From: Macrostomum lignano
Taxonomy: Eukaryota
NCBI GenBank assembly: GCA_002269645.1
Contig: NIVC01002060.1
Location: 1 to 30,606 of the forward strand
Reading direction: 5' to 3'
Length of the DNA stretch: 30,606 nucleotides
This document shows, piece after piece, positions 9,001 to 18,695 of the stretch. Each line of letters opens with the position of its first letter. The first letter of the stretch is position 1. Both the position numbers and the translations under genes were made by a program. The notes beneath the pieces were generated by a model that saw only the letters and a program-made list of their open reading frames with translations, did not search any database and was not told the DNA's origin.

Positions 9001-12000
9001 ACAGCGGCCGCGGGTGCAGGCAGTAGACTGACTTGGCAGAGGCAGCGAACAACACGCCGCGGTGCTGGCTGACGCTGCGCAGGCTCTGCACGGGGGTGTG
9101 ACTCATTAAGGCTAGGGATGTGACTCATTAAGGCTAGGGATGTGACTCATTAAGGCTAGGGATGTGACTCATTAGAGCTGGGGATGTGACTCATTAGAGC
9201 TGGGGATGTGACTCATTAGAGCTAGAGGTGTGACTCATTAGAGCTAGGGTGTGACTTATTTGGGATTATTCATCAGGGATTAGAGCTAAGGGTGACTCAT
9301 TGGAGCTAAGGGTGACTCATTGGAGCTAAGGGTGACTCATTGGAGCTAGAGGTGACTTATTGAAGCTAAGGGTGACTCATTGGAGCTAAGGGTGACTCAT
9401 TGGAGCTAAGGGTGACTCATTGGAGCTAAGGGTGACTCATTGGAGCTAAGGGTGACTCATTGGAGCTAGAGGTGACTCATTGGAGCTAAGGGTGACCTGT
9501 TGAAGCTAAGGGTGACTCATTGGAGCTAAGGGTGACTCATTGGAGCTAAGGGTGACTCATTGGAGCTAGAGGTGACTTATTGGAGCTAAGAGTGACTTAT
9601 TGAAGCTAAGGGTGACTCATTGGAGCTAAGGGTGACTCATTAGAGCTAAGGGTGACTCATTGGAGCTAGAGGTGACCTGTTGAAGCTAAGGGTGACTCAT
9701 TGGAGCTAAGGGTGACTCATTGGAGCTAAGGGTGACTCATTGGAGCTAAGGGTGACTCATTGGAGCTAAGGGTGACTCATTGGAGCTAAGGGTGACTCAT
9801 TGGAGCTAAGGGTGACTCATTAGAGCTAGAGGTGACTCATTGGAGCTAAGGGTGACCTGTTGAAGCTAAGGGTGACTCATTGGAGCTAAGGGTGACTCAT
9901 TGGAGCTAAGGGTGACTCATTGGAGCTAAGGGTGACTCATTGGAGCTAGAGGTGACTCATTGGAGCTAAGGGTGACCTGTTGAAGCTAAGGGTGACTCAT
10001 TGGAGCTAAGGGTGACTCATTGGAGCTAAGGGTGACTCATTGGAGCTAAGGGTGACTCATTGGAGCTAGAGGTGACTCATTGGAGCTAAGGGTGACCTGT
10101 TGAAGCTAAGGGTGACTCATTGGAGCTAAGGGTGACTCATTGGAGCTAAGGGTGACTTATTGAAGCTAAGGGTGACTCATTGGAGCTAAGGTTGACTCAT
10201 TGGAGCTAAGGTGACTCATTGGAGCTAAGGGTGACTCATTGGAGCTAGAGGTGACTCATTGGAGCTAAGGGTGACCTGTTGAAGCTAAGGGTGACTCATT
10301 GGAGCTAAGGGTGACTCATTGGAGCTAAGGGTGACTTATTGGAGCTATGGGTGACTCATTGGAGCTAAGGGTGACTCATTGGAGCTAGAGGTGAGTTATT
10401 GGATCTAGGCATGACTGGAACTCAAGGCGAGAGTGGTGGAAGAGGCGATTATCAAGGAGCTGACCTTGCAAGAAAGTGCCTGACGCGTACACAGGCACTT
10501 TCTCTGCGATGTCAGGCACGCACATACCGACTCTTTGGGGGCTAACTCATTAAGTAATCTCAAACTCACCGGAATGTCCAAATTCTGTATCAGCGAAGTC
10601 CGCTGATCAACAGTTCGAACTTCAACAAAATCGGCACAGATGCCAATCAGAAACGGGGCCAAATACTGCAGCAGCAGAGGCTCCTTGGACCACTTGACCA
10701 TCAACGGCCCGTCGTTGCTTTTCTGACCGCGTCGCCAGCGGCCCTTCTCGTTGACAAACATAGTCTTGGAGTCCTTGGAGCAGAGCGCCAGAGTGTTGCG
10801 CTCAACTGGCGCCATGACCGGGCCCGTGGCCGGTGAGAAAGGAAACAGCTCGAGGATTTCTCCGTCATCAACGCGAATTCGAAAGTAGTCGGTTTTTAAT
10901 GCGACGCAAAGCGCTGTTGGGCCAATCCAGCTGACGGCTCTGGCCGCGGCGGGCAGGGCGAGTTCCTGGCGGAGCTCGGCGAACTGCGAGGCGCCAGGAG
11001 GCCAGTGGTAGAGCAGCAGCCGCTGCTTGACGTGAACGCACAGGCGCAAGTTGGATTGTCTGCCGCTTCCGCCTCCGGGATCTGCCGGGGTCTGGTGACA
11101 GCAGGCGAACAGGGAAGCGCCTCGGGTTCTGTCCAGCACGCTGAGAGCCTTCAACGTGTCCAGATTGTGCACCGAGACTGTGCCATCTGACAGGCTAATT
11201 AGCAAGCTGAGCGGTACCACAGCTTCCAGCTGCTGGATTGGCCGCTTGGAGAATGATTTGTGCGACTTCAGCAGCTGGATGGAGGGGCATTTGTCCAGGC
11301 CCGAGATGGAGTAGCTCAGCAGGTGGCCCTGTTCATGGCAGTGGGAGGAGCTGAATTATTAATGAGTCTGAGGCTCATGGGGAATTTCTCAGACTGTGAA
11401 GACCATACTCATAGGGAATTTCTCAGATTGCAAAGACAGAAAGGCTCATAGGGAATTGCCCAGGTTGTAAAGACACAAAGGCTTATGGGGAATCGTTCTG
11501 ATTGTAAAGACACAAAGGCTTATGGGGAATTGTCCAGGTTGTAAAGACACAAAGGCTCATGGGGAATTGCCCAGGTTGTAAAGACACAAAGGCTTATGGG
11601 GAATTGTCCAGGTTGCAAAGACACAAAGGCTCATGGGGAATTGCCCAGGTTGTAAAGACACAAAGGCTTATGGGGAATTGTCCAGGTTGTAAAGACACAA
11701 AGGCTCATGGGGAATTGCCCAGGTTGTAAAGACACAAAGGCTCATGGGGAATTGCCCAGGTTGTAAAGACACAAAGGCTTATGGGGAATTGTTCTGATTG
11801 TAAAGACACAAAGGCTTATGGGGAATTGCCCAGGTTGTAAAGACACAAAGGCTCATGGGGAATTGCCCAGGTTGTAAAGACACAAAGGCTTATGGGGAAT
11901 TGTTCTGATTGTAAAGACACAAAGGCTTATGGGGAATTGCCCAGGTTGTAAAGACACAAAGGCTTATGGGGAATTGCCCAGGTTGTAAAGACACAAAGGC

Positions 12001-13249
12001 TCATGGGGAATTGCCCAGGTTGTAAAGACACAAAGGCTTATGGGGAATTGCCCAGGTTGTAAAGACACAAAGGCTCATGGGGAATTGCCCAGGTTGTAAA
12101 GACACAAAGGCTCATGGGGAATTGCCCAGGTTGTAAAGACACAAAGGCTCATGGGGAATTGCCCAGGTTGTAAAGACACAAAGGCTTATGGGGAATTGTC
12201 CAGGTTGTAAAGACACAAAGGCTCATGGGGAATTGTCCAGGTTGTAAAGACACAAAGGCTCATGGGGAATTGCCCAGGTTGTAAAGACACAAAGGCTTAT
12301 GGGGAATTGTTCTGATTGTAAAGACACAAAGGCTTATGGGGAATTGCCCAGGTTGTAAAGACACAAAGGCTCATGGGGAATTGCCCAGGTTGTAAAGACA
12401 CAAAGGCTCATGGGGAATTGCCCAGGTTGTAAAGACACAAAGGCTCATGGGGAATTGCCCAGGTTGTAAAGACACAAAGGCTTATGGGGAATTGTCCAGG
12501 TTGTAAAGACACAAAGGCTCATGGGGAATTGTCCAGGTTGTAAAGACACAAAGGCTCATGGGGAATTGCCCAGGTTGTAAAGACACAAAGGCTTATGGGG
12601 AATTGTTCTGATTGTAAAGACACAAAGGCTTATGGGGAATTGTCCAGGTTGTAAAGACACAAAGGCTCATGGGGAATTGCCCAGGTTGTAAAGACACAAA
12701 GGCTTATGGGGAATTGTTCTGATTGTAAAGACACAAAGGCTTATGGGGAATTGCCCAGGTTGTAAAGACACAAAGGCTCATGGGGAATTGCCCAGGTTGT
12801 AAAGACACAAAGGCTCATGGGGAATTGCCCAGGTTGTAAAGACACAAAGGCTTATGGGGAATTGTTCTGATTGTAAAGACACAAAGGCTTATGGGGAATT
12901 GCCCAGGTTGTAAAGACACAAAGGCTCATGGGGAATTGCCCAGGTTGTAAAGACACAAAGGCTCATGGGGAATTGCCCAGGTTGTAAAGACACAAAGGCT
13001 CATGGGGAATTGCCCAGGTTGTAAAGACACAAAGGCTCATGGGGAATTGTCCAGGTTTTAAAAAAAGATACCGAGAACAGTGAGGATCAATCAATGTTAT
13101 TACAACAATGATCTCCATGGTCTCCAAGCGGAACTAACCTGATTGGTGCCAACCAGCAGAGTGGGTCCACAGTAGGTCAGACATTCAATCTGCAGCGGCA
13201 GGTTATGCAAGATGGTGACCGCCTCGAATGGCTCGTAGTTTTCCAACAT
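2622..13249 (-). CDS. VPS39: VPS39/Vam6 HOPS complex subunit, full model: complement(join(2622..3025,3919..4548,6636..6923,8576..9085,10570..11328,13139..13249)); 2702 nt, 1 nt short of 901 codons (frameshift near 2970)
   Basis: The spliced peptide follows metazoan VPS39 from end to end. N-terminal CNH region: YEPFEAVTILHNLPLQIECL, LLVGTNQGHLLSY, FSKRPIQQL. Middle: YAFNLFCQRQF, LVDTSLLKCYLESN, GLRIFTE, LEERALLLSRLGQYE. C-terminus: CSVCQNRIGASAFARFP...HYGC. All five junctions are GT-AG and phase 0. Confidence 0.95.
3103..3912. mobile_element. Possible PIF/Harbinger-like non-autonomous remnant(s) in VPS39 intron 5
   Basis: GGGGGCCGATTTCATAAA...TACAAGTGACCAGTGAAAAGTCGACAAAT at 3103-3150 resembles the reverse complement of 3855-3912 (AGGGCTATTCATAAA...TACAAGTGACAAGCGAAATTTGACAAAT); no clear TSD. 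Confidence 0.4.
3919..4548 (-). CDS. VPS39: VPS39 exon 5 (210 codons, clathrin heavy-chain-like repeat region, ELGVPY...AYKLH)
   Basis: Acceptor GTGCAG|GAA, donor CAT|GTGAGT at 3918; inside ORF 3685..4554. Confidence 0.92.
4590..6556. repeat. Minisatellite, 20-21-bp unit (GGATAGGGGGCTGCAGTGTCA), ~95 copies, filling VPS39 intron 4
   Basis: Tandem copies; variant units (GGAAAAGTTGCTGCAGTGACA, GGAAGTGGCTGCAGTGACA) cluster at 5870-6460. Confidence 0.97.
6636..6923 (-). CDS. VPS39: VPS39 exon 4 (96 codons, PITADLEKLRQLVDTSLLKCY...VQYLQ; Vps39_1 region)
   Basis: Acceptor CCACAG|CCA at 6923, donor CAG|GTAAAT at 6635; in frame with ORF 6621..6839. Confidence 0.9.
7005..8080. repeat. Minisatellite, 24-bp unit (GACCAGCCACTGCTATCTACTATT grading to CCCCCTTAGCCACTGCTATCTACT), in VPS39 intron 3
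   Basis: Tandem copies; they explain the TSHCYLLL and TIDQPLLS ORFs. Confidence 0.95.
8227..8280 (+). mobile_element. tRNA-derived SINE-head-like fragment (Pol III A and B boxes)
   Basis: GGGGG-TAGCCTAGTGG (A box, 8232-8242) and GGCTCGATTCC (B box with one mismatch, 8265-8275). The spacing is shorter than in a tRNA and no cloverleaf forms. Confidence 0.4.
8576..9085 (-). CDS. VPS39: VPS39 exon 3 (170 codons, SLRSVSQ...TVDKYQ)
   Basis: Acceptor GTGCAG|AGC, donor CAG|GTGAGC; contains DFELALRL and YAFNLFCQRQF. Confidence 0.92.
9095..10400. repeat. Minisatellite, 20-bp unit (GGGTGACTCATTGGAGCTAA), ~63 copies, in VPS39 intron 2
   Basis: Tandem copies; 22-bp variants occur at the 9100-9240 end. 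Confidence 0.97.
10570..11328 (-). CDS. VPS39: VPS39 exon 2 (253 codons, CNH domain, GHLLSY...SLIQNLDIP)
   Basis: Acceptor GAACAG|GGC at 11328, donor CCG|GTGAGT at 10569; extends ORF 10405..11220 by 36 in-frame codons. Confidence 0.92.
11410..13056. repeat. Minisatellite, 37-bp unit (GTAAAGACACAAAGGCTCATGGGGAATTGCCCAGGTT), ~43 copies, in VPS39 intron 1
   Basis: Tandem copies with recurring variants (CTCAT/CTTAT; CCCAGG/TCCAGG/TTCTGA). Confidence 0.97.
13139..13249 (-). CDS. VPS39: VPS39 coding exon 1 (37 codons, MLENYEPFEA...LLVGTNQ)
   Basis: ATG at 13249, donor CAG|GTTAGT at 13138; matches the VPS39 N-terminus as I recall it (human MHDAFEPVPILEKLPLQIDCL...LLVGTKQ). Confidence 0.9.
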
Positions 13250-13280
13250 CACATGGCTCTCTGATGAGGCGAGCCGCCAG

Positions 13281-13320
13281 CTGGAACATTTGCGAACAAA
13301 ATGAAATGTTTTCGTTTTTT
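13281..13320 (-). promoter_or_regulatory. 3' splice acceptor (candidate trans-splice site) 31 nt upstream of the VPS39 ATG
   Basis: The minus strand reads TTTCATTTTGTTCGCAAATGTTCCAG|CTGGCGG, with the AG at 13282-13281. Confidence 0.55.
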
Positions 13321-13409
13321 TACAAATGTTAATTTGACGCGGAATTTTAATGATAGACGACAAAGGAAGAATCAAAATAGTAATGTTCATGATAACTTTT
13401 CTGAATAAA

Positions 13410-13415
13410 TTTATT
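13410..13415 (-). terminator. AATAAA, candidate poly(A) signal of TBC1D20
   Basis: First sense-strand AATAAA I could find downstream of the TBC1D20 stop (visual scan of 13416-15119). Confidence 0.45.
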
Positions 13416-14049
13416 AATATTAAAACATTTATGAAGCAAGTAAAACAAGATTTAAGCACTTTACGAGAATTTGGTATAGATTAACTATTAGCAATCACAT
13501 TTATGCGTAAATTAAAGCAAAACAATACGCACGAAGTCTACGTACGGCATCAAGTGTGAAAGACCGCAATGCAATGCAAAAAAAAACAAAAATAGATAAT
13601 GAATAACAATGTACGCTGCATTTAACAAGCAGATAAAGGAAACCAATCACCCATGTGCACTGATTAAGCATTTGCAAACCAATTAACCGACAATGTATCT
13701 AGAAATATTGATACGAGTGTCGTATATTATGAATTATGGCTACTTGTGTTTACAATGACTGTTAAACTGTTGAAAAGATGAAATATTGCAATAATTAGAC
13801 AGCTCATCATTAGTATTCTTCTGATGGATCATCTGCGCCTGTTAAAACACTAGTCACCGAAATACTTGTACGAGCTAAGGCTAATTTAAAGATTGAAAAC
13901 ATTAACACACAGAACTTCTTAATCAACACACGTAACTCAAAGACACGAACTTTTAGCAACTAAAGTACACGGTTACAAATCACTTAACTAAAGATTCTAC
14001 ACTATAGAATCTCAACCCTAGTAGCTAAACTACACGGCTGGAAGCGAAC

Positions 14050-15058
14050 CTTAGCAACAAAAGTGCACTATTGAAAAAATCCTAGCAATAAAAGTACACC
14101 ATTGGAAGCACACCCTAGCAACTAAAGTACACTATTGGAAACCCACCCTAGCAACTAAATTACACCATTGGAAACACACCATAGCAACTAAAGTACACTA
14201 TTGGAAACCCACCCTAGCAACTAAAGTACACCATTAGAAACACACCCTAGCAACTAAAGTACACTATTGGAAACCCACCCTAGCAACTAAAGCACACTAT
14301 TGGAAACCCACCATAGCAACTAAAGTACACCATTGGAAACCCACCCTAGCAACTAAAGTACACCCTTGGAAACACACCCTAGCAACTAAAGTACACCATT
14401 GGAAACACACCATAGCAACTAAAGTACACTATTGGAAACCCACCCTAGCAACTAAAGTACACCATTGGAAACCCACCCTAGCAACTAAAGTACACCATTG
14501 GAAACCCACTCTAGCAACTAAAGTACACCATTGGAAACACACCATAGCAACTAAAGTACACCATTGGAAACACCTTAGCAACTAAAGTACACTATTGGAA
14601 ACCCACCCTAGCAACTAAAGCACACTATTGGAAACCCACCATATCAACTAAAGTACACTGTTGGAAACACACCCTAGCAACTAAATTACACTATTGGAAA
14701 CCCACCCTAGCAACTAACGTACAGCATTGGAAACCCACTCTAGCAACTAAAGTACACTATTGGAAACTCACTCTTGCAACTAAAGTACACCATTGGAAGC
14801 CCACTCTAGCAACTAAAGTACACTATAGGAAACTCACCCTTACAACTAAAGTACACCATTGGAAACACACCCTAGCAACTAAAGTACACTATTGGAAACC
14901 CACCCTAGCAACTAAAGTACACTATTGGAAACCCACCCTAGCAACTAAAGTACACTATAGGAAACACACCCTAGCAACTAAAGTACACTATTGGAAACTC
15001 ACCCTTGCAACTAAATTACACCATTGGAAACTCACTCTTGCAACTAAAGTACACTATT
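14050..15058. repeat. Minisatellite, 33-bp unit (CCCTAGCAACTAAAGTACACTATTGGAAACCCA), ~30 copies, between the TBC1D20 stop and the VPS39 start
   Basis: Tandem copies, degenerate toward 13950. Confidence 0.95.
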
Positions 15059-15119
15059 AGCAAAGTGGACGCCTACATCATAAAACATCAAGCAAGCTCC
15101 ATGTATTAAAGTGCGCAAG

Positions 15120-15470
15120 TCAACTCAGCAGTTGGGCCCACAGCACAGCCAGCAGAGCCACCAGCACAGCCAGCAGAATCAGCAGAGCCCCTCTCGATCG
15201 AAGCAGATGCGGCAGGCTGACCTGCGCTTTCACCATCAGCAGCCCCAATCTCGACCGAGGCTTCCGCTGTCCGCCCGGCTGCTCAAACAGTTTGAGCTCG
15301 TCAAACCAGGACGGGGACTGGACAGTGTCCGGCGGGTGCAGGATAAACAGGCGACAGGCCTCGGATATGACCGTCTCCAATTGGATGGCGCCGCTATTGG
15401 GAATGTTGGCCAGGCAAGAGTGCAGCACAGCAAAATCAATGTCTTCCGGAGGCAGAGACAGCAGACGATC
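15120..15470 (-). CDS. TBC1D20: TBC1D20 exon 4 (116 codons plus stop, C-terminal transmembrane anchor)
   Basis: Acceptor TTTCAG|GAT after a 74-nt intron; ends GALLILLAVLVALLAVLWAQLLS*. Confidence 0.88.
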   Translation of the reverse strand, partial: DRLLSLPPEDIDFAVLHSCLANIPNSGAIQLETVISEACRLFILHPPDTVQSPSWFDELKLFEQPGGQRKPRSRLGLLMVKAQVSLPHLLRSRGALLILLAVLVALLAVLWAQLLS

Positions 15471-18400
15471 CTGAAATTTAAACCGATTTGTACTACTTAG
15501 CAGTAGCAACATCAAAGATATCTTTTACCTGCAATTCGATTCACCTGCTTGTGCAGAACCAAAGCAGCACTAAAGTACAGCGGCATCAGCGGATGACTGG
15601 CCAAAAAGAAATCGTACAGCCGCAGGATTGCGTCAAGGTCGTCCAGCACGTGACCAAACCAAGTGATCACCCAGGCAACTGAGAATGCCGGCGGAACTTC
15701 GTGCTTTTCAATGAGATCGGCTATTCGTTTGCCGCGCGGGTCCTGAGGGGGGGGGCGTTTGGAGTGCGGTGGGTTGCAGCAATGCTATGGCCAATGAGGT
15801 ACCAACATAACGAGCTGCACTCTAAGACCCTCGTGACTGCCCCCATGAGATCCCTCAATACTCGGACTGTCTCTCACTGGTCTCCCTGAGACTGCCCCCT
15901 TGAGACCTCTTTGAGACTGCCCCCTTGAGACCTCTTTGAGACTGCCCCCTTGAGACCTCTTTGAGACTGCCCCCTTGAGACCTCTTTGAGACTGCCCCCT
16001 TGAGACCTCTTTGAGACTGCCCCCTTGAGACCTCTTTGAGACTGCCCCCTTGAGACCTCTTTGAGACTGCCCCCTTGAGACCTCTTTAAGACTGCCCCCT
16101 GAGATCTCTTTAAGACTGCCCCCTGAGACCTCTTTAAGACTGCCCCCTGAGACCTCTTTAAGACTGCCCCCTGAGACCTCTTTAAGACTGCCCCCTGAGA
16201 TCTCTTTAAGACTGCCCCCTGAGACCTCTTTAAGACTGCCCCCTGAGACCTCTTTAAGACTGCCCCCTGAGACCTCTTTAAGACTGCCCCCTGAGACCTC
16301 TTTAAGACTGCCCCCTGAGACCTCCCTAATACTGCCCCCTGAGAACTCCTTGAGACTGACTGCCCCCTGAGACCTCCCTAATACTGCCCCCTGAGACCTC
16401 CCTAATACTGCCCCCTGAGACCTCCCTGAGACTGCCTCTCCCTCTGACCTGAGACCCCTGAGACCAGAGCGCCCCGAGTCCAGTTAAAACAAATAGAAAC
16501 AGTCTAAAAAATTCACCTTGCTCAAAAGCAGCGGCACCAGTTTCAAAAGCTCAGTAGTAACAGCCATGCTCGGGTACAGGTGCTCACGCAAGTGACTTTT
16601 AGAGACGGCCTCTACAACATTATAGGCGTGCCGACTGTCCAGCACAAGCAGGAATGTAATAACAATATCGTGATAGCCCTGATAATAGTGCAGGTGAGAA
16701 TTCGCGTGCAACACTCGCATAATGGTCTCCACTAGCTGGTCCTGGTAGGACATTCGCACCTGCTCGTCCATGCCGGGCGGGAATCGCTTCAGGGAGCGCT
16801 CAACGTCTAGCACAACCTGCGAGTAGATTGGAAGACGGACGGTTGGCTTTGCAAGTTCATCTACTGATAAGTAGAAATTTTAGAGTGTGACGCGAAAAGC
16901 TTGCATGGCGGGAAAAACCCTGACGCAACGGCTTCGGCGACATTGCCCAACAACCAGCGCTATACAAAGCACATACAGACACGTTTACCGATGAGCTGCT
17001 CTGCCCCTTAGTGTAGGTCTTAATAGGCCAGTTGATTAAGTCTAGAGGGATGGAAACCGGTACTGCCAGTATGACCTGGCCTGGTTCAATTTCACTTTTA
17101 ACTAGCTGACTGACAGGAGACGGTTGAGGGGAAGGAGATGGAAGTGGGGAGACTGGGGGAGAGAGTGGGAGAGGGAAAGTGGGTGGGAGAGTGGGAGAGG
17201 GAGAGTGGGTGGGAGAGTTAGAGAGCAGCTAAGAAAGGCAGGCAGAGATATAGACAGCGAGGGAGAGGGGGAGATGGATTGTAGAACAAAGCAACTGGGA
17301 GGGTGAGGAGAGGGAGAGTGGGTGGGAGAGTGAGAGAGGGAGAGTGGGTGGGAGAGTGAGAGAGGGAGAGTGGGTGGGAGAGTGAGAGGGAGAGTGGGTG
17401 GGAGAGTGAGAGAGGGAGAGTGAGAGTTGGAGAGTGGGTGGGAGAGTGGGAGAGGGAGAGTGGGTGGGAGAGTGAGAGAGGGAGAGTGGGTGGGAGAGTG
17501 AGAGAGGGAGAGTGGGTGGGAGAGTTAGAGAGCAGCTAAGAAAGGCAGGCAGAGATATAGACAGCGAGGGAGAGGGGGAGATGGATTGTAGAACAAAGCA
17601 ACTGGGAGGGTGAGGAGAGGGAGAGTGGGTGGGAGAGTGGGAGAGGGAGAGTGGGTGGGAGAGTGAGAGAGGGAGAGTGGGTGGGAGAGTGAGAGGGAGA
17701 GTGGGTGGGAGAGTGAGAGAGGGAGAGTGAGAGTTGGAGAGTGGGTGGGAGAGTGGGAGAGGGAGAGTGGGTGGGAGAGTGAGAGAGGGAGAGTGGGTGG
17801 GAGAGTGAGAGAGGGAGAGTGGGTGGGAGAGTGAGAGAGGGAGAGTGGGTGGGAGAGTGGGAGAGGGAGAGTGGGTGGGAGAGTGAGAGAGGGAGAGTGG
17901 GTGGGAGAGTGAGAGAGGGAGAGTGGGTGGGAGAGTGGGAGAGGGAGAGTGGGTGGGAGAGTGGGAGAGGGAGAGTGGGTGGGAGAGTTAGAGAGGGAGA
18001 GTGGGTGGGAGAGTGAGAGGGAGAGTGGGTGGGAGAGTGAGAGAGGGAGAGTGGGTGGGAGAGTGAGAGGGAGAGTGGGTGGGAGAGTGAGAGAGGGAGA
18101 GTGGGTGGGAGAGTTAGAGAGCAGTTAAGGAAGGCAGGCAGAGATATAGACAGCGAGGGAGAGGGGGAGATGGATTGTAGAACAAAGCAACTGGGAGGGT
18201 GAGGAGAGGGAGAGAGGACTCAGAAGGATTCAAAATTGGGATAAGCATGGAGGGAGCTGTCAGTAAAGCAGTAATTAAAGCAACAGGTAAATCAGGCTAA
18301 ACAAGGAGATCGCAGTCGGATTGGCGCACCTGATTATAATCCGGATGCCGTTTCAACTGTTTCTGAGTCGGCGTCGGCGGCTCCGGCTTGTCGGCGACGC

Positions 18401-18641
18401 GGGTAAGCAGCGGCCAGACGAGTCGGCGAAGCTCGTTGGACGCCAGGCCGTAGCGCTCGATGGCCAGGCAGCGGAGGGCGTCCACATCCGGGGAGCCGGC
18501 CGGCGATGTCGCCGAGAGCGCCTCGCGAACTCGCTCGGCTTTCCGACGTCGGAACGTCGCTAGCAAGGCCGCCGCCGAACTGGCTTCGTCGGTTGCGTCG
18601 GCAGACGATGCCGAGGCCGTGGCGGCGGCGTGAGCAGGCAT
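15120..18641 (-). CDS. TBC1D20: TBC1 domain family member 20 (Rab GAP): complement(join(15120..15470,15545..15742,16517..16816,18330..18641)), 386 aa
   Basis: ELRRLVWP, the arginine finger VVLDVERSLKRFPPG, the glutamine finger LHYYQGYHDIVITFLLV and WVITWFGHVL...RLYDFFLASHPLMPLYF are all present, with a C-terminal hydrophobic tail anchor. The spliced CDS is 1161 nt and in frame; all junctions are GT-AG, phase 0. Confidence 0.95.
15545..15742 (-). CDS. TBC1D20: TBC1D20 exon 3 (66 codons, DPRGKRIAD...LVLHKQ)
   Basis: Acceptor CCCTCAG|GAC, donor CAG|GTGAAT. Absent from the ORF track but translates to AWVITWFGHVLDDLDAILRLYDFFLASHPLMPLYF. Confidence 0.92.
15885..16460. repeat. Minisatellite, 24-25-bp unit (GAGACTGCCCCCTTGAGACCTCTTT), ~23 copies, in TBC1D20 intron 2
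   Basis: Tandem copies. Confidence 0.95.
16517..16816 (-). CDS. TBC1D20: TBC1D20 exon 2 (100 codons; catalytic DxxR and YxQ motifs)
   Basis: Acceptor TCGCAG|GTT, donor AAG|GTGAAT. Confidence 0.93.
17145..18215. repeat. G-rich minisatellite, ~26-bp unit (GGGAGAGTGGGTGGGAGAGTGAGAGA), with three interspersed copies of a ~90-bp module, in TBC1D20 intron 1
   Basis: Tandem copies; the module GAGAGCAGCTAAGAAAGGCAGGCAGAGATATAGACAGCG...GCAACTGGGAGGGTGAGG starts at ~17221, ~17528 and ~18117. Confidence 0.93.
18330..18641 (-). CDS. TBC1D20: TBC1D20 exon 1 (104 codons)
   Basis: ATG at 18641 with an in-frame upstream TGA; donor CAG|GTGCGC at 18329. Confidence 0.9.
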
Positions 18642-18695
18642 GACTGGGCTCGGCGGTCAGGCTTGGCTTAGCAGTGAAGATTTATGGCTGCTGCT

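Noticed and set aside
13250-13459. N-terminal 70-aa extension of VPS39 suggested by ORF 13100..13459
   Set aside because: AT-rich, non-homologous sequence upstream of a clear acceptor; homology starts at the ATG at 13249.
15522-15544. Second AG|GTAAAAG donor 16 nt inside the 74-nt TBC1D20 intron 3
   Set aside because: Too short for recursive splicing, and use would shift the frame; no support from sequence alone.
4549-18329. Introner-type introns with target-site duplications (e.g. TGCAG|G at both ends of VPS39 intron 4, CAG|GT at TBC1D20 intron 1)
   Set aside because: The matches are no longer than ordinary splice-site consensus, and the introns share no sequence or TIRs.
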